From assembly GCA_963664825.1 (NCBI GenBank), contig OY761614.1, positions 96,001 to 160,000 of the forward strand: a DNA stretch of 64,000 nucleotides. The letters are read 5' to 3'. The translations under genes and the position numbers were made by a program. The notes beneath the pieces were generated by a model that saw only the letters and a list, made by a program, of their open reading frames with translations, did not search any database and was not told the DNA's origin. Positions within the stretch are counted from its first letter, which is position 1, and each line of letters begins with the position of its first letter. The stretch comes from an uncultured Holophaga sp. (GTDB lineage Bacteria > Acidobacteriota > Holophagae > Holophagales > Holophagaceae). Of the stretch, positions 48,319 through 58,800 are shown piece after piece.

Positions 48319-49516
48319 GGGCCCCTCCCAGGATCGGCAGGAGGACCGTGACCGTGGTGCCCCGCCCCCGCTCCGAATTCAGTTCCAGCTCCCCCCCGGC
48401 CATGTGTGCCCGCTCCGACATGATCATCAGCCCGAAACTCGCATGGCGTTCGGAGCCCTGGGTGAGGGATTCCACGTCGAAGCCGCACCCGTCATCGACG
48501 ATCCTCAGGAGCACGTTATCCCCGGTCCGGTGCAGCACCACCGCCAGGTTCTGCGCCGAGGCGTGCTTCACCAGGTTATTGAGACTCTCCTGGGCGATGC
48601 GGTAGAGATTGATTTCCGCATCCGTGGAAAGCAGCCGGTCCACGGGTTCAATATCGGTGGTGAAGGCGATGCCGGTGCTCTTAGACAAGCGCCGCACCAT
48701 CGATTCGATGCTCTTGCTGAGCCCCAGTTCATCGATCTGGTGGGGCCTGAGGGTGTGGGAGATCTCGCGCACATCCTGGATGCATTCGGTGACCAGGGCG
48801 ATGGCATCGTTGACCGCGCCGGAGGGTTCCTCCCCCTGCTGCACAGCCCGCAGCCCCAGCAGAAGCTGATTCTTGACCAGGAGGAGCTTCTGCCCGATGT
48901 GGTCGTGGAGTTCACCGGCGATCCGCTTGCGCTCCCCTTCTTGGGAATCGATGAGCTGGCGCGCGAACTTCTGATGCACAAGGCTCTCGCGCATCGCCTC
49001 TTCCATCTTCTTGTGGGAGGTGATGTCCCGGCTCACGCCCACGATCCCGATGACCTCTCCCTGGAGATCCCGCAAGGGCACGGTGGTGGTCAGGTGCCAG
49101 CCCCAGGAATCGGTCACGGGGTAGTAGTTCGGCTCCTCGCGGCTGATGAGGGACTGCCCCGTATCCATGACCCGCTGCTCGTCATCGTAGAATTGCTGGG
49201 CGAGATCCCTGGGGAAGAAATCGAAATCCGTCTTGCCGATCACCTGCTCGGGCTGGAAACCCAGGTTCTGAGCCACAGCAAGGTTGTTGACGATGAAGCG
49301 GCTCTTCCGGTCCTTAACGTAGATGTAGTCCGGCACGTTATCGATGACCGTACGCAGGAGCTTGCGCTCCACACCGAGTTCACCTTCGCGGCGTTCCCGT
49401 TCCGCGATCTCCGCGGCCAGCTCCCGGGTGCGCAGCTCCACCAGCCGTTCGAGATCGGCCTGGGAGTCCTGTGCGGGTTTCATCGGTTCAGCCATGCCTA
49501 CTCCAGGAGGGTTCAT
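48308..49516 (-). CDS. Soluble PAS sensor kinase (HisKA_3)
   Basis: PAS (IYVKDRKSRF, GKTDFDF), ERKRIAGELHD, ESLNNLVKH, DDGCGF; no TM helices. Confidence 0.9.
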   Translation of the reverse strand: MNPPGVGMAEPMKPAQDSQADLERLVELRTRELAAEIAERERREGELGVERKLLRTVIDNVPDYIYVKDRKSRFIVNNLAVAQNLGFQPEQVIGKTDFDFFPRDLAQQFYDDEQRVMDTGQSLISREEPNYYPVTDSWGWHLTTTVPLRDLQGEVIGIVGVSRDITSHKKMEEAMRESLVHQKFARQLIDSQEGERKRIAGELHDHIGQKLLLVKNQLLLGLRAVQQGEEPSGAVNDAIALVTECIQDVREISHTLRPHQIDELGLSKSIESMVRRLSKSTGIAFTTDIEPVDRLLSTDAEINLYRIAQESLNNLVKHASAQNLAVVLHRTGDNVLLRIVDDGCGFDVESLTQGSERHASFGLMIMSERAHMAGGELELNSERGRGTTVTVLLPILGGAHGA

Positions 49517-49536
49517 CCTCCATTCTCCCCTTTCGA

Positions 49537-50349
49537 TCAGCGGAGTGCCAGGCGCTCCAAGTCCCTGAATTCGGCCCATTCGGGTTCATTGGCGAATACC
49601 CACCGGTAGTATTCCTGGCCGCTCAAGGATGTGGCGGCCTCTTCGTCGACCACCACCTGGCAGCGGGGATGCAGTTGGAGTGCCGAGGCAGTCACCATGG
49701 CGGTGATGGGCCCCTCCACGGCCCGGGCCAGGATCGCGGCCTTGGAAGCCCCCGTGGCCAGGAGCAGGCAGCGCCGACAATCCAGGATGCTGCCCACGCC
49801 CATGGTGATGGCGCGCCGGGGCACCTTGGCAAGATCCCCCCCGAACATCTCGGCATTCTGCGCCAGGGTGGCCGGCGTCAGCGCCTTTTCGCGGGTGCGG
49901 GAGAGCAGCGCGGAGAGCGGTTCGTTGAAGCCGATATGGCCGTCTCCCCCGATACCCAGCAGCTGGAGATCGATGCCACCCAGCTCGCGGATGCGCTCCT
50001 CGTAGGCGCGGCATTCCGCCCCGAGATCCGCCGCCGTTCCATCGGGCAGATGCGTATGCTCCGGGCGAATATTCACCTTCCCGAAGAGATGTTCCTCCAT
50101 GTAATGCCGGTAGCTCCCGGCATCCCCCGAGGGGAGGCCGATGTACTCGTCGAGGTTGAAGGTGTGACAGCGGGAAAAATCCAGGCCCTCGCGCTCGTGA
50201 AAGACCGCCAGGTAGGCGTAGACCCGCTCCATGGTCCGCCCCGTGGCCAGGCCCAGTATCAGGTTGGGCTTGGCGCGCAGTTCCTTGGCGATGATCCGTG
50301 CCGTCAGAAGCGCGGCCTTATGGCGATCAGGAACGATGATGACTTCCAC
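49537..50349 (-). CDS. nagB: Glucosamine-6-phosphate deaminase
   Basis: GLATGRT, FNLDEY, GIGGDGHIGFNEP, TMGVG, AS.LQLH. Confidence 0.95.
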   Translation of the reverse strand: MEVIIVPDRHKAALLTARIIAKELRAKPNLILGLATGRTMERVYAYLAVFHEREGLDFSRCHTFNLDEYIGLPSGDAGSYRHYMEEHLFGKVNIRPEHTHLPDGTAADLGAECRAYEERIRELGGIDLQLLGIGGDGHIGFNEPLSALLSRTREKALTPATLAQNAEMFGGDLAKVPRRAITMGVGSILDCRRCLLLATGASKAAILARAVEGPITAMVTASALQLHPRCQVVVDEEAATSLSGQEYYRWVFANEPEWAEFRDLERLALR

Positions 50350-50364
50350 AAACTCTCCTCAGGT

Positions 50365-51216
50365 TCAGGCCAGTGCGTCCAGCCCAAGGGCGGCGGCCCC
50401 CAGGATGGCGATCTGGGGTTCCTCGCTCACGCGCACGATCAGACGCTGCAGGGCCCTCTGGTAGGCGAAATCCGAAAGGACCTTGTGCATGCTCTTCTCG
50501 AAAAAGGGGAAGGCCTTGGCAACCGATCCCCCCAGCACCACCACCTCGGGATCGAAGGCATAGAGGGTCGTCATCATCACTTGGCCGAAATCCTCGCCGA
50601 AGTCCGAAAGGATCTTCAGGGCCTCCGGGTCCCCCTTGATGGCTCGCGCGTGGATGATTGCGCCATTCTGGCCGTGATCCCGGGGAAATACCTGGCCGCT
50701 GGCGTAGTATTCGAAGGTCTTGCCCCGGTAGGGAATGCTGCCGAGTTCCCCAGAGCCACAGTTCGCCCCCGAGTACAGATGGCCGTTCAGGATGACGCCT
50801 GCACCCAGTCCCGTGCCCAGCGTCATGCCCACCATGTGGCGAAAGCCCCGCCCATGGCCATAGTGGAATTCCCCCACGGCAAAGCAGTTGGCGTCGTTGT
50901 TGACATAGACGGGAACGCCGAACCGCTGCTCCAGGAGATCCTTGAGAGGGACCTCCTGCCAGGAGGGAATGTTCTCGACGGTGTAGACGATGCCTCGCTC
51001 CACGTCCACCACACTGGGCACGCCGATGCCGATGGCGGCCGTCTGCGGCGTGAACACTTCACTGATCACCGAGCAGAGTTCTTCCAATACGATATCTGCC
51101 GAAGCCTTCGAAGGCGTGGCCCGGCTGGCATGGGCCACGATGGTTCCGGCCTCGATGCGGCCGACGCGCATGTGGCTTCCGCCCAGATCAACCCCGATGA
51201 GAATGCGTGAATCCAT
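50365..51216 (-). CDS. ROK-family sugar kinase (no HTH, no Cys-rich Zn motif)
   Basis: IGVDLGGS, VNNDAN, LGTGLG, GELG. Confidence 0.88.
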   Translation of the reverse strand: MDSRILIGVDLGGSHMRVGRIEAGTIVAHASRATPSKASADIVLEELCSVISEVFTPQTAAIGIGVPSVVDVERGIVYTVENIPSWQEVPLKDLLEQRFGVPVYVNNDANCFAVGEFHYGHGRGFRHMVGMTLGTGLGAGVILNGHLYSGANCGSGELGSIPYRGKTFEYYASGQVFPRDHGQNGAIIHARAIKGDPEALKILSDFGEDFGQVMMTTLYAFDPEVVVLGGSVAKAFPFFEKSMHKVLSDFAYQRALQRLIVRVSEEPQIAILGAAALGLDALA

Positions 51217-51226
51217 ATAGGTACCT

Positions 51227-52492
51227 TCAGACGTTTTCAGGCTTCGGTTCTTTGGCCTTCCCGATCGTCGCGTTGACGATCAGGGGGCGCGCCCAGAAGG
51301 CGATGCCGATGATGTAGGCGATGGTCCCCAGCAGAGGCAGCATGCCGAAGCGGAGCCCGAAATGATCCCCGATCCGGCCGATGAGGGGAGGCAGGATCGC
51401 GCCCCCCACGATGCCCGTGCAGAGGATGCCGGCGAAGGAACCGTGATGTTTCTCCACGGAATTCAGCGCCAGGGACAGGATGATGGGCCACCCCACCGAG
51501 CACCAGAAGCCCATCAGGGGCAGGCCGATGAGGGCCATGGAACGGCTCCCGAAGAGGGCCACCAGCAGCGTGATCGCGCCGCCCATGAAGAAGACCCCCA
51601 GGATCTTGCGGGAATCGAAGAACTGGAGCAGCACCAGGCTCACCGCGCAGCCCAGGGTCATGGCGCCCCAGAACCCGGCCACGGCCACCTTGTTCACCAG
51701 GTTGGGATCCACGTGGTGATAGTCCAGCAGGAATTTCTTGATCCAGATGGCCACCCCTTGTTCGGTGCCCACGTAGCAGATGACGCCGATGAAGTAGAGC
51801 CAGACGGTGCGGGTCTTGAGCAGCAGCAGGATCGTCTCGAAGGAGCCGACCTTCTCGTCATCCTTCAGCTGCATGGTGGGCAGCTTGACGCAGGAGACCA
51901 CCAGCACCATGGCCAGCAGCACGATGGCGAAGACCCAGTAGAGGGAGATCCAAGGCAGGCCGGGCTTCACCACCTTCTCCAAGAGGCCGAAGATGCCATG
52001 CTGGGCCAGGCTGGGATCCTTGAGATGGCCCACCAAATACCCGTAGATATAGGGGCTCACGGTGGAGCCCAGGGCGAAGATGAGCTGAGAGGCATTCCCC
52101 CAGAAGGCGTAGTGTTCCTCGCCCCCCGCCACTCGCAGCAGCGGGTTGATGACCACCTGGAGCATGGCGAACCCGGCGCCGATGAGGAAGAGCGAGGGCA
52201 GCGACAGGATGTAGGTGGGCCGGAAGGCAAACGCGAAGGCGCCCAGACAGGAGAGCAGGAACGCGCTGATGAGCACGGGCTTGGCCTTGTAGCGTTCCAC
52301 CAGCATGCCGGCGGGGATGGACATGACCGCGTAGGCGATGAAGAGGGCCGTGGCCATGTAGCCCAGCTGCTCGTTGGTCAGGCAGAAGGAGGCCTGCACA
52401 TCCGATCCCATGGGATCGATGATGTTGGTCACGAAGGAAATCGCCACGAAGATCAACATGATCAGCAGGACGATGAGGTGATTGCGTTTCAT
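51227..52492 (-). CDS. MFS sugar permease (FucP/GluP/NagP-like)
   Basis: 12-TM pattern, MSIPAG, LQVVINP, YVGTEQG, GIVGGAILP. Confidence 0.85.
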   Translation of the reverse strand: MKRNHLIVLLIMLIFVAISFVTNIIDPMGSDVQASFCLTNEQLGYMATALFIAYAVMSIPAGMLVERYKAKPVLISAFLLSCLGAFAFAFRPTYILSLPSLFLIGAGFAMLQVVINPLLRVAGGEEHYAFWGNASQLIFALGSTVSPYIYGYLVGHLKDPSLAQHGIFGLLEKVVKPGLPWISLYWVFAIVLLAMVLVVSCVKLPTMQLKDDEKVGSFETILLLLKTRTVWLYFIGVICYVGTEQGVAIWIKKFLLDYHHVDPNLVNKVAVAGFWGAMTLGCAVSLVLLQFFDSRKILGVFFMGGAITLLVALFGSRSMALIGLPLMGFWCSVGWPIILSLALNSVEKHHGSFAGILCTGIVGGAILPPLIGRIGDHFGLRFGMLPLLGTIAYIIGIAFWARPLIVNATIGKAKEPKPENV

Positions 52493-52508
52493 CGAGGGCC
52501 TTTCAGGG

Positions 52509-55109
52509 TTATTTGAGAAGGTTCCAACCATTGAGGGTGATGCGCGGTGTTTCACCGCGGAGCTCCACGCCCGGCAGGCGCACGCGGATCCTCCGAGCCT
52601 CGTGGGGCAGCAGCGAAAGGTAGTTGTCGTCCCAGAGCACCGGCAGCAGAGGTTCTCCGGAAGGCCTCACCACGCCCAATTCCAGGCAGAAGGCGATGTG
52701 CTCCGACGTATTGGTGAGTGTGATCTCCGCACTCCAGTCTTTGCCGGACACCGAACGCTGTTCCAGCTTCACCCGGGCCACAGGCAGCTTGGCCAACGCA
52801 GTGAAATCGGCGAAGGAGCTATTGGGTGTGACGAACCAGGTGGTCTTGGCCTCGTCGAGCACATCGGGCTGGGTAGAGAGCCAATAGAAATTGTCGGCCA
52901 GGGCCTTGCCGCCGGGCCCACTCAGGCGCAGATCCAGGAAGTGGATGGGGCCGCCGCCGGAGTCCTTCAGCTCGAGCACCTTGCGGGAATGGTTCGGCAG
53001 GCAGGGCACCGTGATCTCCTGGCTGGAGGCCAGGGTGGAATCGGCGCGGAAGATCCGAGCCCTCACCGTGACTGCCTTCAGCTCCTGGAGGGTGTCGTTC
53101 ACCAAATGCACGGACCCCGTTCCATAGTCGTAGACCACGTTCAGGGGCTGGGAACCCTTGCGGGCGCCGTAGAAGGCGCCATTGGGCATGAGGAAGGTGT
53201 CGTAGAGCTGCCAGAAGAACTTGGGCCAGGCGCCATTGAGCATCCACTGGACCACGCCGGTGGCCTTGGGCCGGTTGGCGCCGAAGGCCTCGTACATGGC
53301 CCGCATGGCCTCATAGTTGGCGGCCTGGGCCCTGAAGGCGAAGTCCTCCACGGATTTCGATTCCCCGTAGCGGGCGTTGAAGGCCTTCAGGTAGATATCC
53401 AGATTGCCGAACTGGAAGCGCCCGCAGTGGAAGTTCCAGGCCTCGTTGATGGGCCAGAGTTTATCGGCGGGAAGCATGCGCTGGAGGGTCGAGAGCGGGG
53501 GGATCTGCGGACCGGGGCCGGTCTCGGTATTGAAGCCGAAGGCCCCGCCGTTCTTGGTATCCACCCACCAGTAATTGGGCGTCACGTAATCGTAGGGCCC
53601 CGCCATCTTCACCGCGGAAGATCCGCTGAGAGGGCTGGTCAGCTCCTTGCAGGACCTGAGCAGAGGGCGCGAGGGATCCAGGACCTTGAGATCGGCGACG
53701 TAGCGTTTCTCCACCTCGGGCCAGGGCAGCTTGTCGCTGCCCACCACCCACACCAGGAGGCTGGGATGGTTGCGCAGCCAGCGCACCTGATCCCGCAGAT
53801 AGCCCGTCACCCGTTCGATCTCCAAGGGTTCCTTGGGACCTCCGAAGGTCTCGCTCTCCACGATGGGTTTGCCCAAGTACTCGGGCCATTCCCACTGGCA
53901 GCTCCACCCCACCATCAGCAGGATGCCTTCGCGGTCAGCCAGGTCATAGAGCCGCTGGCTGCTGCCCCAGAAGCCCTCCAGCCGCACGGTGTTGAGGTTC
54001 ATGTGCTTGACGTAATGGAACTGGGCCTCCAGGTTCTTCGGATCCTCCCGGAGAAACAGATCGTCCACCCAACCCGCCCCGCGGATGAGCACTTTCTGGC
54101 CATTCACCATGTAGCCGCGCTGTCCTTGAGCGTTGAGGTAGTCGGCTACCTGCCGGATGCCGAAGGTGACCCCGCATCCATCGCTGAGGCTGGAACCCGC
54201 TTGGGCGCTCAGTTCCAGACGATAGAGTTCGGCCTTGCCGAGGTTATGGGGCCACCAGAGGCGGGGATTGCGGATGCGCAGGGCGGGCACCTGGCTGGGC
54301 CCCAGGCGCAAGGCCTGCCGCTCACCGGCCTTCAGGACATAGGGCACCTGGAAGTGGATCTCCCCGATGGAACCCTTCAGAGTCCCGGTCTGGGCATGAT
54401 CCTCACGATTGATCAGTTTGAGACTGATTTCCAGGGAGGCTTCCTTCAGCGTCTTGAGATCCACGGTACTGCGGACGCAGACCTCCTCCATCGCCACGGC
54501 CCCCGTTCGGTGCAGCTTCACCTCGCGGAAGATCCCCATATTGCGATCGGGAGGCAGGGGGTTCCAATCCACGAAACCCATGGTGAAATCCCCGGGCTGG
54601 GGCGGGAAGACCTCCACGGCCAGGACATTGACGCCCTTGGCGAGGCCGGAGCCGATATCCAGATCGAAATTCCGGAAGGCGCCGCAAATCGCGTCCCGGC
54701 CCGCGATCTGTTTGCCGTTCAGCCAGATATCGGCCCGGAAGTTGAGCCCATCGAGGCGGAGCCGCGTGTGGGAGCCATCCCCGGGGTCTTCGACGATAAA
54801 TTCCGTGCGGTACCACCAGCCCTGTTTGAAGGGTTCCGAGGAGATGGCCGCCAGGTTCTGGCCGAAGAAGGGATCCTTGTGGACACCGTTCCGCACGAGA
54901 GTCGCCATCACGGTGGAAGGCACCTCGGTGGGGAGCCAACCCTTGGCCTTGAAACCGGGCCGCGAGATCTCGGCCCCCGGGGCCCCGGCCTTATCGGCGG
55001 CCTGGAGCACCCAACCCTGCTCCAGCCCTTGGGTGGAGCCCAGCTTCGGCTGGCTGGGCGCCGCCATCAGGATCGAGGCACAGAGCAACCCAGCCCATCT
55101 CGTCATCAT
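52509..55109 (-). CDS. Exported GH2 exo-beta-D-glucosaminidase (CsxA-like)
   Basis: Signal peptide, DWNP.PPD.N.GI, NTVRLEG, NHPS..VWVVGSD (SD in place of NE), GPYDY, FNTET, QWMLN.AWP. Confidence 0.8.
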   Translation of the reverse strand: MMTRWAGLLCASILMAAPSQPKLGSTQGLEQGWVLQAADKAGAPGAEISRPGFKAKGWLPTEVPSTVMATLVRNGVHKDPFFGQNLAAISSEPFKQGWWYRTEFIVEDPGDGSHTRLRLDGLNFRADIWLNGKQIAGRDAICGAFRNFDLDIGSGLAKGVNVLAVEVFPPQPGDFTMGFVDWNPLPPDRNMGIFREVKLHRTGAVAMEEVCVRSTVDLKTLKEASLEISLKLINREDHAQTGTLKGSIGEIHFQVPYVLKAGERQALRLGPSQVPALRIRNPRLWWPHNLGKAELYRLELSAQAGSSLSDGCGVTFGIRQVADYLNAQGQRGYMVNGQKVLIRGAGWVDDLFLREDPKNLEAQFHYVKHMNLNTVRLEGFWGSSQRLYDLADREGILLMVGWSCQWEWPEYLGKPIVESETFGGPKEPLEIERVTGYLRDQVRWLRNHPSLLVWVVGSDKLPWPEVEKRYVADLKVLDPSRPLLRSCKELTSPLSGSSAVKMAGPYDYVTPNYWWVDTKNGGAFGFNTETGPGPQIPPLSTLQRMLPADKLWPINEAWNFHCGRFQFGNLDIYLKAFNARYGESKSVEDFAFRAQAANYEAMRAMYEAFGANRPKATGVVQWMLNGAWPKFFWQLYDTFLMPNGAFYGARKGSQPLNVVYDYGTGSVHLVNDTLQELKAVTVRARIFRADSTLASSQEITVPCLPNHSRKVLELKDSGGGPIHFLDLRLSGPGGKALADNFYWLSTQPDVLDEAKTTWFVTPNSSFADFTALAKLPVARVKLEQRSVSGKDWSAEITLTNTSEHIAFCLELGVVRPSGEPLLPVLWDDNYLSLLPHEARRIRVRLPGVELRGETPRITLNGWNLLK

Positions 55110-55180
55110 GGAAGCCTCCTTGTGTGCCTAGATCGTCGTGTCACAGATCGTCGTATTCGTTCAAAGGCGAAGAGGATCGA

Positions 55181-55211
55181 AGGGCGTCAAGGGAAAGCCC
55201 CGAGACGCCCT
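55181..55211 (-). terminator. Intra-operon hairpin between the OM module and the GH2 gene
   Basis: AGGGCGTC...GACGCCCT stem with a weak U-tract. Confidence 0.4.
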
Positions 55212-55224
55212 CTAGGTTCGAAAC

Positions 55225-55815
55225 CTAGAAATGCCAGCGCAGCCCCAGTTCGCACCAGGCCGGGTTGATGCCGCCGCGGCGGACCAGGGGATCCTGCAGA
55301 TCCTTGCCCGCCAGCTCCGTCTGCTGGAAGACCAACTCGGCGCTCCAGCTCTTGGAGAAGGCGTAGCTCACGCCAAGGCGCAGGCCCATCTTGAGGCCCT
55401 TGACGTCGCGCACCGGGAAGTGGTGGGCCACATCGGCTTCATCTTCGGATTCCGTGCCCGTGCGGGACATGGAATAGCTGTTCAGGGATAGACCCACCAG
55501 GGCCTTCAAGGCCGGAGAGGGTGTCTCGATGAAGACATCCCCGTGGATCTGGGCCAGGGTGAGGGAGGTCTTGAGACCATTCGATTCGGAGCCGGGCATG
55601 CTGGCGAAGGTGAGGCCCAACCGCGCAGGGATATCGGTGCCCACGACCTGAGTGCCGTAATCGGCGCCCAGATGGAAGCCCGTCGTGCCATTGGTCGCCT
55701 TCTTCAGGCTATCAAAGCCCATCAGGACACCGCCTTCGACACTGAATCCAGTGCCCTGGGCCGCCAGGGGCAGCACCAACAGACCGAGCAAGGAGCCGCG
55801 TAGAGTCTTGAACAT
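55225..55815 (-). CDS. Small outer-membrane beta-barrel protein
   Basis: Signal peptide, alternating beta-strand pattern, C-terminal LGLRWHF. Confidence 0.7.
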   Translation of the reverse strand: MFKTLRGSLLGLLVLPLAAQGTGFSVEGGVLMGFDSLKKATNGTTGFHLGADYGTQVVGTDIPARLGLTFASMPGSESNGLKTSLTLAQIHGDVFIETPSPALKALVGLSLNSYSMSRTGTESEDEADVAHHFPVRDVKGLKMGLRLGVSYAFSKSWSAELVFQQTELAGKDLQDPLVRRGGINPAWCELGLRWHF

Positions 55816-55838
55816 GAATTCCCCTTCCTATGCCGAGA

Positions 55839-58800
55839 TCAGAACTTCAGGCCGACACTGAATTCAGTGAAGGTGCGGCCGCCGCTGTAATAGGTGTTGT
55901 CGTTGCCCGTGCCCCAAGCCTGGCTGAAACCGCCCAGGGGACGCCCGGTGATGGGCGAACTGTTGCCGACCGAACCGCCCGTGCCGAACTCGGCGGTGCC
56001 GTTGGAGGAGCCGCTCCAGTCGTAGACGCTGATTCTCTGAAGGTGATTGAAGATGTTCTTGATCTGCACGTAGGTCGTGAGCATGACCTTACCGGCGAGG
56101 GGCATCTGGGCCTGCAGCTTCACGTCGACGGTGTAGATATCCGTGCCCCGGGTGAAGGCACCCATGGGCGAGGAATAGGTGTTGTAGTTCAGCAGGATGT
56201 TCTGACCCGCGACGTTATCGATGGGCTGCACGCTGTAGCCGTGGAACGCGGCATTACCCGTATCGACGTCGGCCACCTTGAGGACCCCGACACCATTGGG
56301 TGTCCTCACACCGGAGGTGGAGTAGGTCGCCAGGGTCGAAGCCGAGACATTCCCCTTGCCGATGGGCACCACGTAGGTAAGGAAGGCATGCAGGACCTGG
56401 GAGCGGCTGAGCACACCCTCGGGTGCGAAGACATCCTCGCTCAGGCCATTCCGCAGTTTCTCGTCCCGGTAGTTGTAGTAATCCAGCGCATTCCGGCCCG
56501 TGATCTGGGACCAGGTGTAGTTGCCGCCGAAATTCAGCCGAGAGGTGATGGCCTCGTTCCAGGCCAGCTCGACCCCGCGGTAGATCTGCTCGAGACCCGA
56601 ATTCAGGAAACGATGGGTCTGTTGCCACTGGGGAGCGCCCAGGCCACTGGGATCCTGGACCAGGGTCAGGTACTTCGTGGGATCCGCAGGATCGTAGTAG
56701 CCATCATGGACGAAGGAGAGCCACTCCTTCTTGTAGGTGCGCTGCACGAAATTGAGGCGCACCGAACCGGTGTCGAAGTTCCGCATGTAGCCCAGGGAGA
56801 ATTCGATCGCGTAGGGCACCTGGAGGCCCGCAGTCTTGGCGGTCTGACTGAGATCGATGATGGCGCTGGGCGCGCCGTAGTTGGCAGGATCGATGAGGGT
56901 GTTGTAGTCCACCCAGCGGACGCCGCTCAGGGGGTCGGAGTCAATGTTATTATCATCGACCGCCAGCTGGCCGGGGAGCCCCTTCCAGGCATGCACCGTG
57001 CGGGTGGTCCAGCCGTTGGTGCGGAACCAGGCCGCCATCTCGTCGGAATAGGCGCTGGCCAGCTTGGCCGCCGTGAAGGTGTAGATCTCCTGGCCCTTGC
57101 CATCGGGGTTCCACTTCAACTGGAGGCGGGGCTCCGTGACATTGATATCGGCCAGGCTCCGTTCGCTGGTATCGCGGATGGCGAACCTGTTGTAGCGGAG
57201 GCCCAGCATCAGATTCCAGTTCGAATCGAGGGTCCAGGTGTCGTTGAGCCAAAGGCCCGTGCTGTTATTCTTGGCCGCCGACTGGCCGGCCCAATAGCGC
57301 TCCATGTAGGCACCGGGGCCGCGCATGGGGAGTTCCCCGTACTGCACGAGGGCCTGATCCGCCTGGCCATTGCTGTCCAGGGGCACCAGAGAGGCGGAGT
57401 TCGCATAGAAGGTGGGATAGAGGTAATCCTTGGTGTCCGGATTGTAGATGAAGCCACCCTCGAAGACCCCGCGGTTGCCGCTCCGCTCCCGTCCGAACTG
57501 ATGTTTGGTCTGGAAGTACTCGGCGCCGAAGTCGATCTCGTGCTGGCCCGCCGCCTCCTGGAAGGTCTTGACATTGAAATTGAGGGACTGGTTGCCCCGG
57601 ATATTGGGGGTGATATCACTGGAGGAGCGGCGATTGTAGAAGGAGCCGAAGTATCCGGCCTGGCCGTTGCCCGAGGCCATGCCCTGGTTGTCCGTGCTCA
57701 GGATCTGGATATTGGGATCGCCGGTGCTCAGCTGGGATTGAACGAAGATCGGGTATTGGGTCGGCCCCGTCACATCGTTGAGCTTGACTTCGGCCTTGAA
57801 GGCCCGCATTTCCAGGAACCAGTGCTCGTTGATCGTGGAATTCCACCCGAGGGTCCAGGCCTTGGTCTCCGTCGTGAGATCCCCGACGAAATCCTTGTCC
57901 AGGGCCGTGTTGGGGGGCGAGGTGCGCTCTCCGGTGTACCCGCCCTGCACGGTCTTGTCGGTGAGGTAGGTCAGGGCGAGCGTGTTGTTATCATTCACCA
58001 GGAAGGTGAGCTTGCCCTCGTACTTGTGGTAGGTGGTATCGGCGGGCACTACGGAATTCCAGTCCGTGTACTTCGAGATATCGAAGTTCCCATACCCCGT
58101 GGGATAGGGGGTGCCGACGCCCTTGAGCACATTGTCCACCTTGGGGAAGGCCCCCCAGGTGACCATGGGGTACTTCATCACCGACGACAGGGTGGCTCCG
58201 GGAATGACATCCCACCCGCCGCTGGCATTCTTCTGCACGGGCACACCGTTCCACCCCAGGGTGGCGGTACCTGACTGGGAGGGCTGGACGCGGGTTCCCA
58301 CGTAGAACCAGAGGCGATCCTTGATGATGGGGCCGCTGAAGGTGATATCGGTGAAGCGGGAATAGCTCTCCACCGCGTTACTCTCGCTGGCGGCGTAATC
58401 GCTCCCGGCCACCGGGCCGTGAGGCAGATCCGTGGTCCAGGAGGGACGGCTGAAGGTGGTGCGGATGCTGCCTTCGAAGGTATTGGAACCCGTCTTCGTG
58501 ACGACATTCACCTGGCCCCCCTGGCTCCGCCCATGGCGGGCATTCAGGGCCGAGAGCACCACCTGCACATCCTCGATGGAATCCGGAAGAGGCTCATAGA
58601 GCTGAGCCCGGGCCGGGCCATCCCACTGGGTGCCCGTATCGTCCTTCACATCGATGCCATCGATGCGGTACATGACCTGGGAATAGCCCCCCCCGGCCTT
58701 GGTCTGTCCTCCGAAGCTGCCGCCCCGGATGCTCGTGCCCAGGCCCGAGCCCGTGACGCCGGGGGCCAAGGCCAGCGCGCCATCAAAGGAGCGGTTCGTG

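Noticed and set aside
55130..55154. 10-bp direct repeat AGATCGTCGT twice, upstream of the GH2 gene
   Set aside because: Only two copies and not seen elsewhere in the locus; too little evidence to call an operator or target duplication.
52482..55268. 928-aa + strand ORF, and similar long ORFs at 55830..58274, 58419..60713, 23108..25687, 37985..40510 and 9320..10981
   Set aside because: Antisense shadows of well-supported genes. High GC3 removes stop codons on the opposite strand, and the translations show no recognisable motifs.
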